Source: Raillietiella orientalis (taxonomy: Eukaryota). From it: a stretch of DNA of 64,000 nucleotides. This document shows, one piece after another, positions 38,901-53,200 of this stretch. The notes under the pieces are model-generated. The model worked only from the letters and a program-made list of their open reading frames with translations, was not told the DNA's origin and made no database searches. Position 1 is the first letter of the stretch, and each line of letters starts with the position of its first letter. Where the stretch lies: the NCBI GenBank assembly GCA_036172245.1, contig JAYWIR010000012.1, positions 1,860,001 to 1,924,000 of the forward strand, read 5' to 3'. The translations under genes and the position numbers were made by a program.

Positions 38901-41900
38901 GTGGGAATAAGCGCCGCTCAAGAGGCGCTGCGGGCTTCGCCTCATATCAAAGCCGGCAGCCTTTCAGCTGACAGGCTATCCTCTCCGGATTGCAGGATGT
39001 GCCATAGCTTGCCGTGTCCCCTGTCACTCCTCGACAAGGCGCATGTGGAGACCTCAGCGGTGGCGTCCGTACCGAGTCAGCCACGCCCGTTCACACTCGC
39101 CACCTGCGAGACCACCTTTTCCTCACAAGCTCAGTGTTCCTGCTTTCTTCGCTTCCAGCTCTGTTTATTTCTAAGAACCAGCTTCGTCAAGGTTGTCAAG
39201 GAGGAGGGTTACGTTGCTAAGAGCAAACGTGACCCTCCTCCTAAGAAACGTGTGGGTGCGGCACGCTTGGAATGGACTCGATGCACCAATAGGACGAGGA
39301 AAAGGGCTTCCCTGGTTGCACAGCAACACTGTCTTCCGTTTGGCGAGCCCTGCAAATTATCGTGAACGGGAGCCGCCGCCAGCTGCTTTGCGCATGCTGC
39401 TTCGGAGAAAATGGGGTCCCGGGGGGATGCAAAGGTCCGTAACCGATCGTTGGGGTTAATCGTTCGCTCTCGACATTTCTGGATGCTTGAAGTCGGCGCC
39501 ACGATGAAGATACCATCGGTAGCATCGTAAGGCGTAGTAGGGCTACTAAGTAGCATAGGAGGCTGGGTGCCCGGGATGCTTCGCTCCTTCTCCAGACCGC
39601 AGAAACTGGGAAGCAGGAGCGAAGGACGCACGACTTTGCTGGGGCGGAACAGCCAGACCGTGCTGTCTTCTCTGATGCAGTGAATTTGCGGTCCTCACTG
39701 AACTCGTATCTGTGGAAACCCTCTTCTTCATCTCTTCGGAAGTCAATTCGAAGCTTCTTTGGAGGAGGGATGGCGCGAAACGAAGCGAACCACAGAAAGC
39801 AAAAGCGAAATTCCAAGTTTGCATCCCTCCGCTGCTCTGTTCCAACATGTGCGCGTTGTTTTTAATGTATCTGGTGTTTCTCCTTTCGCCTTTTCACGGG
39901 AAAACAACGACGGACATCTGCGATCGAAGTCTTTATTGAAGTCATTCGCAGTAGACTGTATATTATTTATGGGATAATTGTGATGGGATCTTGGAAGTCC
40001 TCAGCGCTGTTGGCCTTTGCGTCAGTTTGTTGCCTGGCGAATGATCGTCGACTGTGCTTATTTGGTGTCGTAGGTCGTTTTTCGGATTCTGCTTTCTGAA
40101 GTGGAAGCTGAATCCTTAATTCGTTAGTTCCTTCGATCTTGCATCCCCTCAAATGGAATTATTCTTCTGCCACTCTCATTTGTGACCTGCCTTTTCCATC
40201 AAGTTGCGCGAAAGTGTCCACGAACCGCTATTATGAAAACTTTGAGCCATGAATCAGTGCAGCTCTTCTGTCGAGAATTGTCTGAAACTTCCCCATCCCC
40301 ATTTAGGTAGCTCTTGTAGCTCTCAGTATTCGATCCAATAGTATTAAATTGTGTTCTGTGTTTGTACGAAGGAATCGTAAAAGTGGATGCTGCCTTGGGA
40401 TTGGATGGGCTATACAGAAATGATATAGAAACATGAGCATGTTACTTGGATCCGCACTTTTGTCTAATTACGGGACGCTGTAAGTGTTCCTTGCTTATTT
40501 GGTCTCGTTGCAAATCTGTGTTCAGGTCCGGCTTGACCTTGCGTAATTTCCGTTTCCTTAAGTAATTGCTTTTATTCCTGAACTCTTCATTTCCTGACTG
40601 CGGTTCGTTTGCCATTCTGAATCTGTTTTGGAAATTCTTGATGGCTTGACTTTTGGATTTACTGAATTGAATTGAGGGTGCATTCGCCCCCCGAAATAAC
40701 CGTTTTAGGTTTCGTCGGATAGGACGTCGGATTTTGTTTTCTGGCTTCCGGATTCTGTGGTTCTTATCGCACGCTGGGCAGGACGTTTTCGGGTCGTTCG
40801 TTCGCCTCCCCCTTCTTTTCATCGGAAGCATGGCTCGGTGGCCGGGCAAAGCACCACCCATGGAAGGAAAGGTTACGAAAAAACCACACACTCCCTTCAA
40901 AAGTGGCGACACCAGCTTTATGAGATTCCTCACAAGAGCCCCTTTGATTCCGAAGAGAATGTAGATACGGGAAGATCGTTGGAATTAGTTTTATCTGAGC
41001 CGTGCGGAGGTTTAGTTACAAGCAATAGCGAGCACCTTTGAAATGCAAACCGTAGGGACGTCTTTGCACAAGTTCCTGACACTGCATAGGTCACTTGCTA
41101 AAAAGAGATGCTTTCAGATTTCCGCTTTTGCGAAATATATCCGATGACAGATTGAAACAGTGGGCGAAGGAGTTGCACCATTTTTGGAAGGAATTGGGGC
41201 GCAAGGTATCTTCGGCTGTGCAGGAAAATCCGAAAAGATATTCGCAGATCTATGTGGAGAATCCCATTATTGTTCCCGGGGGTCGATTCCGAGAGTTCTA
41301 TTACTGGTAACAGCACTCTTTTGTTTCCGATGTGGTTATCAGCATCTTCAGGGACTCATACTGGATCGTGAAAGGGTTGCTGATTTCCAACATGACCCAG
41401 ACCGTGAAAGGCATGGTGCAGAACTTAATCGATATGGTTAAGAGATATGGAATGGTTCCCAATGGGGGAAGAATTTACTACACGCGGCGGTCGCAGCCAC
41501 CGTTCCTCATCCCCATGATGAAGGTGTATGTCGAGAGAACCAACGACCTAACATTTCTCAAGTACGATTGCAAATTAAAATGTTTGCAAATACTGAAGTT
41601 CGTTCCACATGATAGGGAGAATATCAATTATCTTCAACAAGAATACATGTTTTGGAGGAACAATCGTTCGGTGACCATAAATCATCCGAAATTTGGAGAA
41701 CTCATTGCTTCACGGTATCATGTTGATGTCACCGTGCCGCGACCTGAGTCCTACAAGGAAGATTTCATGTTGGCCGCCAAGGCTGGTTCATCAATCAACG
41801 CTTCGAGATTAATGGCTGACATCGCTGCCGCAGCAGAATCTGGTTGGGACTTTTCCACTCGTTGGTTTTGGCGTAATGGCACGAATAAAGGCAAGGAAAG

Positions 41901-42810
41901 ATAATAAATGCGCCAAGCATATGGATTGCATTTGCAGGAAAATTAATGAATACGTGGACCGAAGCCATTATCCCAGTTGACCTGAATAGTTTGATGTGCT
42001 ACAACGCCAGAACTATGGCTGACTTTTACTCTTTACTGGGAATGCCGGAGTCTGAAAGTCAGTTCCGCAGCTTTGCGAAAGCATACGATAGAACGCTAAA
42101 TGTGCTGCTCTGGAGCGAAGAAGACGGTGTATGGCTGGATTATGATTTGATACTGAAGGTAAGATGAATGCCCGATCAAAAAGACGTGTACGTAACTCGA
42201 TTTCCATAGGAGCGCCGTAATTACTTTTATGTTTCGAATCTGTTTCCGTTGTGGACGCAGTGTTACGGCAGCACACGCAACAGGCGACAAATCGCGGATC
42301 GTGTGCTCCAGTACCTGAAAACAAACAAAGATGCAGCACGAGCATTGGAGTACATTGGTGGCGTACCTACGTCCGTAGAGGACAGTGGAGAACAGTGGGA
42401 TTTTCCCAACACATGGCCCCCCTTGCAACACTTGGTAATAGTGGGGCTTGATATGTTAGGTACAGAGGAATCCAAAAGTTTGGCTCTCGATCTAGCCAAG
42501 AAATGGATTGATAATAATTATAAGACGTATAAGGAAACAGGCAACATGTACGAAAAGGTATGGGCACCTTGACTGTGAGGATGATATAATAGTTCATCCA
42601 CAGTATGATGCCACCAAACCAGGACCAGGTAGTGGTGGAGAATATCATGTCCAGCTGGGATATGGCTGGACGAATGCGATTGTTTTAGATTTATTAGATC
42701 ATTATAAGGATAAGCTGTCATTGGGTCCTGATGGTTCTCAGGCCATTGTAAAACCAACTCTGATTTTGATAGCAGCACAAATGATTTTTTGTTGGGGATA
42801 CTATTATTGA
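29927..42810 (+). CDS. TREH: Trehalase (GH37) with signal peptide and hydrophobic C-terminus
   Basis: Exons 29927-30015, 30197-30442, 41118-41306, 41352-41561, 41616-41890, 41938-42158, 42210-42557, 42604-42810. Signatures PGGRFREFYYWDSY, RSQPP, RPESY, AESGWDFS, QWDFPNTWPPLQ, GGEY..QLGYGWTN. Confidence 0.96.
30443..41117 (+). other. 10.7 kb trehalase intron 2 with paired ends
   Basis: 30475-30489/41076-41092, 30527-30534/41037-41044, 30564-30572/40973-40984, ~30785-30823/~40838-40877. Confidence 0.7.
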
Positions 42811-42881
42811 GGTATTCCTAAAATTAGCTTTGCATCAACAAATGAATAGCTTAATAAAGGGAAAAAAAAAAAAAAGACTAT

Positions 42882-44684
42882 TTACAATGCCATCATTGTA
42901 TTTGGAAATGTCAACTCCTGGTTGTGATGGCATAATGCCAGTACATATTTACCAACATATTTTGATGGGAAGTGTGTATGGAAATGCTGAGAGCATTGTG
43001 CATATCCATAGTCCTTCCACAATTTCCAACCTGTCTGCTGGAGTAAAACATCAAACATGATGATAACACCTGGTAGAGGATCCAGAGAGAACTTCTTTTT
43101 CACCCATGCAGATGGATTACTGTAGAAATGCTCTGCTTCATCCATGTAGTCTGGAGTTTGCAACAAGTTGGGCTCACAGGTCACAAATTGCATTGGGACA
43201 GGCACATGTACATGACTATTTTAATTAACATTTTGCAAAAGCTTAATTTACCTGTAGAGAGGAGTTGAATGGCAAGGCATAAGTATCAAGACACTGGAAA
43301 TATTTGGCTGGTGGCGTACAAATTGCATAACATCAAGTGTTCCACGTTGATGGACTAAGCCACTGTACAAGCCAAGAATAGTGTTGAACAACAAAGTACT
43401 CCTCACAAAGCACATCTTTAATTTTCTGTTTATCTCTCTCTTCTCAGACAATTCTGCGAGATATGCTCCACAAGCAACCATGAGAAATGGAAATAATGGC
43501 AGTAAAAATCGAAACTCCTTGTGTGGAACAAAACTAAATCACATCATAATTCAAACGAAGAAAAAAAAAAAAAGAATCTAACCTGAGTAGCACAACATTT
43601 GCGATGCAAGGAAGGAGTATCCCATATGTCAACATGCTCTTCCATGCTTTATACAAAAGGAATGGCAAAATGAACACACAGGAAGATAAGACAACAGGCA
43701 AACCATGTGTCACATACCACAGGAAAGGATGTGTTCCATAATTTGCACTCCATCCAGATAAAATGTTCAAGAAAAAGAACTGAATGCAACTAAATGTGAT
43801 TGTGCCATAAAAGCAGGAATCCAAGAGCACAGCAATTAGACCTGTTATCACACTAGGTACCATACAGCATCAAGTCACTGTGATATCATGTAGTTTGCCT
43901 TACCCAATAATCAAAGAGATCAGTACAGATTTCTGTTTGGAACTATGCTTCAATATCCACAGCACCCATAATATGCTAAGTGCAAGACCACCAGTAGGAC
44001 GTAACAGGAAAGAAAACGAAATCAAAAAGGGAAGCAAATACTCATCTAATATAAGCAGGATAATACATGGTTTTCACATAACAATTACCATAAACTGTAT
44101 CTCGTGCATATGAATACAAAGCTGCTGAGTGCAGCAGCAGTTCAATGTTCTGAACTAAAGTGCGAGGTGTGCAGTAAAATAAGAACCATGATGATAAACA
44201 ACAAAAAGTGGTCCAATTAGCTGCAGAGATACTAAACAGCTTGTAAGCACTGAATATCATAAAATAATCACAGACAGCTGCACAAATGCAGTGCACTAAA
44301 CGGGGAACATGAATCTGAAAGTCAAATGTCAGTTTAAGACTGCCAAGGAAACTTTCTGCAACAATACCAGCATAAAAGGGAAATCCAAATGTAACAGTTT
44401 CAATAAAAAAAATATTGCAACATAAGGTACCAAAGTAAGGGTGCTTCTTAGTCCGACCTTCCATTCCCAAGTTAGATAGCCATAACTATAAACACAGAAA
44501 AATTAACATAGCAACAAATGTTGGTTTCATACCCAAAAACTACATGATGTGCTACTTCCAATGTCTGCCAATGCTCATCAGGTACGAATGCAGTTTGGAT
44601 GAAAATGAGGGGCAGCAATCGAAATAATAAAATGCAAAAACAAAAAAACTTCACATTTATTTTACTGTATTTTTCAAAAGACAT
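42882..44684 (-). CDS. PIGB: GPI mannosyltransferase 3 (PIG-B, GT22)
   Basis: Exons 44684-44533, 44485-44368, 44314-44089, 44045-43904, 43852-43583, 43533-43252, 43215-42882. Motifs FVPDEHWQTLEVAH, GYLTWEW, RPT, YGTHP, HKEFRFLLP, HQRG, MPCHSTPLYSHVH. Confidence 0.95.
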
Positions 44685-45319
44685 TAGCACTTGGAACGTT
44701 TTGCCGTCCTTCTAAAATATTTTTCATCACTAGGAGTCCACAGTGTATCACTTGCAACTAACAAGCGCTTTACACCATTATATATTAAATGAAGGCAATC
44801 TAAACGCGGAAGACTTGCTTGAAATAATGGAAAGATGGTTTCTGCTTCACCAGTAGCATTACCTTTTAAAATAAGTGCCAGACAATAAACAACCTGATGA
44901 AATGATATAACCTCATCGATCACTATATCACGGACTGAATCGTGAGGAAAGAATCGAGTTGACTTCCTGCCACTGGTAAATGTTGTTGTTATCTGAATTC
45001 CTAAGCCAGATATAATCAAACATGATTCTTTCTTTACCATGGAACACCATTTAAAACATACTAGTAACAAGAATACTGAGATCATAGGTAACAGAAATCC
45101 AAGATCATATCTTGGTATCATATACAAGTATACCATGAAAGCAACGAAAAAGCCCATGAACCAATGAGATATTTTAAAAGACGGTCCATGAATCGTGAAC
45201 TGTGATGAAACTAGGTGAGGGTGTGAAGGACTATCACACAAAAAACAATCAACTACTGATAGCTTAACAAGGCTTCCCTTCAGATTTTTGAAAATTAACT
45301 CCTTTTTCCTAATAGTCAT
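44684..45319 (-). CDS. PIGH: GPI-GlcNAc transferase subunit H (PIG-H), intronless, 211 aa
   Basis: Two TM segments, then ESCLIISGLGIQITT, VRDIVIDEVI, VVYCLALIL, PLFQASLPRLDCLHLIY; ATG at 45319. Confidence 0.92.
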   Translation of the reverse strand: MTIRKKELIFKNLKGSLVKLSVVDCFLCDSPSHPHLVSSQFTIHGPSFKISHWFMGFFVAFMVYLYMIPRYDLGFLLPMISVFLLLVCFKWCSMVKKESCLIISGLGIQITTTFTSGRKSTRFFPHDSVRDIVIDEVISFHQVVYCLALILKGNATGEAETIFPLFQASLPRLDCLHLIYNGVKRLLVASDTLWTPSDEKYFRRTAKRSKC

Positions 45320-45369
45320 CACGCGTTAAAGAATTCACTTTTCGCAACACCGTCGCACCAAAATTCGTT

Positions 45370-45500
45370 ATTCACGCTGCACTCCATCAACATTGCAACA
45401 GCTCATAATTGGGATGTTATTCAACTGCAGAGCAAGTCTGCACGGCACGCACTCTTCAAGGCAACTCAAGCTTATCTTCAACTGTGGGATTAGTGTACAC
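45370..45500 (+). mobile_element. Possible gag relic upstream of PIG-H
   Basis: IATAHNWD..SARHALFKATQAYLQLW resembles the N-terminal part of retrotransposon gag. Confidence 0.25.
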
Positions 45501-47468
45501 GTGAAACTCCACGTGCACCAACGCAACGTTTCCTCTTGGGTTGAAGTGAAAAAACCAACAACAGCAACAGGAACCCTACAAGTCCCTACAGTACAAATGA
45601 AAAATTCACTGTTCCTACAGCATTCTCGACACACATAAGTATGCTTAGCAAATAAAATTCCGAAAACTCTCCCTACCATCCGAAATTATTTGAAATCCTA
45701 TTTGGCTGCCACTCAGTTTTGCCACATCACGAGCCATTCCTCCACAATTTTCCCTAGCCGAGACGTGTTTTTAAGGCAGCGTGAGTTCAGGAAACGCGAA
45801 TCAAAAGATGCATTGACTGGAGAATTAAATTAATAGTGACATAGGCAAACTAATTTAATAACTAATTCCTGCGGAAAGTAAATGCCGCCAGAGTTTTATA
45901 TCTTTTGATTCAAACAGGTATTCATTCAACTGAAAAGGGGATGGCTAGGTTAGATAAAACAAAAACAAAAATAGCTGTAGTGGACTCAGATATTCATCAC
46001 TGTAAAGGTTTGAGAGAATGTAGAAAACATAGCTGTTAAGAGAAGGAAAATTTTAAAACTGAGAATGATTAGGCATAAAGTATCATATCCCATCATTAAT
46101 GAACATATCCATGAAGACAGCGAAGCTAAAAACACACCCGATGATAGAATAGATAACATACTTTATACATGCATGAATATGAACGCTATTGACATGAAAT
46201 TTCCAAATATAGTGTACTACCCAAATATAATTTCCGTGGAATTTTTTTCTGTGAGGATGAGTTTATTTGATCTACCAGTACAAGAGATTCCCAGTAGGGA
46301 AAGTATACCGATATCATAAGGAGTGCAGAATTGAAAAAAGGAAGCCGATCTTTGTACAGATCACTTATATGAAAGAGATGAAATACCCTTAAAAAAAAAA
46401 GAAAAGAAAATCACTTTTGATGGCTTCTGTTACATGTATAATAATAAGAATGACTAACAATTAAAAATTCTTCATTACTGCAAAAACTACAGTCTGGTTG
46501 TGAACCGTTCATTCCATTATAATAAGGCAGATTTGTTAAGGAAAAAAGTAGCTTTATATTTACTGAAATTTTGTATCCAGATTCTTGAAACCCCATCAAT
46601 GCACGTTGATCAAACTTCAAAAAAAAGGTACTGTAATATTTAATTACGTGTTCGAATAATGTGCCTTTACATTTGTGAATTCTGGATCCCTTGAGAACTC
46701 TTAAATAGCTAGCACAGTAATAAAGACTACATTATTATTTATTTTTATTTATTTCTATTGTTTTCAAGAATATAAATGGGGACACATGTATTCATAAATA
46801 CATGATGGTGAATCAAGCATTTACAATAAACTAGAAATTCCCTACCTACAAGAAAAAATTCCATACATATGTTTGTTTGCGCATCGAATTTCGTATGCGA
46901 TTTCAGATAAAAAATCATACATTAATGTCACACTTATTTTAGAATGATGAAGATGGATTTAAATTGTAATCTTTAAAATGAATTTTCACAAAAAAACTTG
47001 ATGAAAGGAGCCTTGTAAATCACATTCACTGTGAAATTGAAACTCTGAAAACGATGCCAAAAGTGAAGATAGTCTCTTGATAGAAGTTTCTTGCAACTGC
47101 TTATCAACAACATCCAGCATTTTAAACACTCATAGAAAAAGGATGAGAGAAGCACGGAGGTGGGCTGGATTAGTTTATGAATCTCAAAAGTGTTTTCAAC
47201 GAAATGTTTTTGTTGTATAAATGACGTGGATGTAAATTAACGTAGCTCTGAAAAATTAAGTATGGTAACTCTGCTTTCACATTGGGGGAGCAGAATTTGG
47301 AATTGCAGAAAGTGATGCAAGGAAGGAAATTATACAGAATAAGAAAATAGAAGTAATGTGTGAAAAAAATTATGTAAAAATTCTAATTAGTTAAGGTGCA
47401 ACAATAAAATGAAGATGCTTTTGGCCTTTTGACACGAGCCATTGAAAGTAAAACTAACTGCAATCAGA

Positions 47469-50260
<2,792 letters not shown>

Positions 50261-53200
50261 AGGACGTAACTAGAAGTTGTAATTTTTGCCGGAGGACGGT
50301 TACCGAATAAATTATTGAATTACATCTACTTACGAATAAATAAAGTGAAAGTGGTGGGCACTGTGTTTTCACGTAGGTACGTGCCTGCGGATGATTACGG
50401 ATTCCGGCTGGCGGAATGCGTGTTGTGCCGTCCTTGCTCCGTGACCATGGAAACGTCCGGCGGTTCCGAGAGGCGCGTGACGGGCGGGACGGGTCGGCCG
50501 GAGCACGCGGGTGGGAAGCGGGACGGCTCCAAACGGGATCGGAGGAGGAGGACGGGCTTGGCGGGTTCACCGTGAGGGCTGGTGGCCCTCGCCGAAGCCC
50601 CCGATCCGGAAAGCGGGGCAGCAGCAGCAGAAGACCGAATGCCCAGACGAAGGAAGAGTGCTGGGCCCCGAAGAGGCGAACGGGTTTTCTGCCGACGGGC
50701 CCTCTCGCGGCGCCCCTTTTTTTCTTCCAGATCCCTCGTTCCCCGGCTCTTCCTCAGTCAAGTCTTTCGTGTTCGCTGCGCCGATCCCCTTCGATCAACG
50801 GGTAACAGCACTGCTCCGCGCGTGAGGAGTGCGAATCAGCCGATCTTCTCACTGTGGGTGTTGCCGTGGACGAGCGCATCCATGGTGCAGCGGAAGATCC
50901 ACGGATACCCTGTCCGTTGCGTATGAATGAATGGCCGTTGCTTGCGGCGAAACCTGGAAGACCTCTGAGCGTTTGTTCGTTAACCATTTCCGTGGATAAA
51001 ATGCGCCCTACGGGCGAAAGCAATTCCCGCACACGGGATGGTAAGCCACTCCCGGATGCCAGGAATCCCAAACGAGGGCTCACGCTGCAGAAGGATGCGG
51101 GGTCAGCTTATCTTCGGGAACAGTCGACCGTGAATAAGGAATGACGACGGCAAAGTGCTTGTGCGTACGGCGCAGAGCAACGTGTTCGGATTCAGGAGAT
51201 GCTGGATATGCAAGGAACTCTGGACTGCAGATTCCAGGAGGTTTTGCTGTGAGAGCGGAATCGACAAAATGGCAATCCTTGGCAGCACATGTAATCATGG
51301 ATGAGCATTTGGCACATCCGGGTGGAAGAATGTCTGCTGTGCCGGTTTTCTCGAGCATGCAGCGCGATCCGATTCCACCCAAATGCTCCTCGGCTGTGGA
51401 GGAAGCCGAGCAGGCCGCCACCGCTTCGTGTTCCCCATCTGGACGGATGGCAAGACGCAAACATCGAAGACCGATCGGATGTGCAAAGCAGCTCGGCGAA
51501 AAAGCAGGACGATGACGTGTTGCATTCTAAAGGATGCCTCGAGAGGCAGACTCGGATGGATTGTGCCGGGCAGCCGACGCCGGCGGAATCCTTCCGTATC
51601 GCTTCCTTTCAAAGCCGCCGAGGCTTCCGGAAAAGAACAGAGATGGCACCCCCCTCCCTGCCAACACCCTTGCGGACGGTCAACATGCGTGGGCGAACGT
51701 GGTAGCAGCAGCCACTGCTGCTGTCGCGTGGTGGGACTGATTTCTTGGGACGCGCAACTCTTCGTGACGAGGGGCGTTGGTGCCTCGGCGTTGCAAAAGA
51801 GCGCACACTCCGCCGTCCTCCGCTTTGCTGCCGGCGGTGAAAAAAACAACAACAAAAACAGACAAATCTTGAGTGTAGTACGGAGGTGCATCCTGTTGGC
51901 ATCCGTGCCACCCACGCGCGTGAACTGGAAAAAAAAAAAAAAAATATGTAAAAAATTATGTTGGGTGCTTCGTCTTTGTACACGGTTGCCACATCGTTCG
52001 CGGTTTCTTGTCTTGAAATTCCCGACGCACCATGCATGCAACGGGTTGATCCAGGTGCCATGTCGAGAAACCGGGGCATCGACCACTGGCGTGGGAACGT
52101 GTCCGTATCCGCGGTGACCGCAATCGGGAATGCTTTCTGGGGTCGTGGCTGCAGACGCTGCGGAAAAACGTGGTCCCTTGGCCCTTGCTAGGCATTCGAA
52201 AGAAAGCTTGGGACACAGAAACGGGCGCCAAGGGTTGCAGCTTTGCGTAGTAAGACATCAGTCGGCAAATTACGCTCTGCCGGAAATATCTATGGGAGCG
52301 TATCTTCTTCCCTCGCGTCAGTGTTAATGGGAGCGTTTTCGTACGCGGAAGCACCAGAAAAAGGCGTGATGGCGAGAAACGTGCCGCGCTGACCATTCGT
52401 CTACTGCTATGCACATTCTGGGTGCCGCCGGAAAATGTACGGAGCGGAGGGAGCGCGGGTGTCTCGTAAAGTATTTTTTTTTTTCTTTTTTACAAATCAA
52501 GGTCTCTTGCTTCTCTGCTTCAATTCATCAGCTGGAACCGAGTTCCAACTTGGACCCCAAGAGTGCCTGTCCCTTTTTTTTTGGTTCTTGTTTGTTTGTT
52601 TGTTTTTCTTCTTCGCGTTCTATGAAATTTGAGGATTCCATCGAGCAGTTTCTTTTACTTGAAGGGATTTGGTCAACGAAAACGCTCGCTTGTGTTTCCT
52701 TGAAAAGGGAGCGGGGAGATCGGTTGCTAGGAGTCGTAGTAGTTGGTCCGCACGGTGATAGGCGTCGCTCCATGTGTGATTGCATGTAAGTAGTCCATCC
52801 CCTGGCTATTTAATTAAGGGCGGCACCTGGTATACGAAAAGTGGTTTGGTTTGCCATCTTGGAATTTATGTACGCAAACCAATCGATCCATCAGTGGGAT
52901 GCTGGAAAACAGTCACAAGTCCGACTAGTGGTGCGATGCAATTTTCCTAAAACGGACAGCACTTGCACACTTGCAAGATTTCTTGCGGGCGATCTGCCGG
53001 GATGATGATCGCCGACCTCCCCAATCCGAAGAAGCTATTCATCAGAACTTGCCGAGACCAAAGTGACCTCTGCTGAACCCTGTACGCTACGCGTTCGTGC
53101 GGACCGCAAACACGCAGGACGGGGAGCGAGAAAGTGCGTGCGTAGATCGGTGATGCGCACGCGGGAACGAATCTTCCCCGGGCCCCTCCGGGGTTGTTTT

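Noticed and set aside
40250..40933. gag/protease-like relic on the - strand in trehalase intron 2
   Set aside because: Similarity is only impressionistic and the region is part of the paired 3' arm; needs a profile search.
45368..45679. 103-aa ORF upstream of PIG-H as a third cistron
   Set aside because: No recognisable family; may be the antisense shadow of a gag-like relic.
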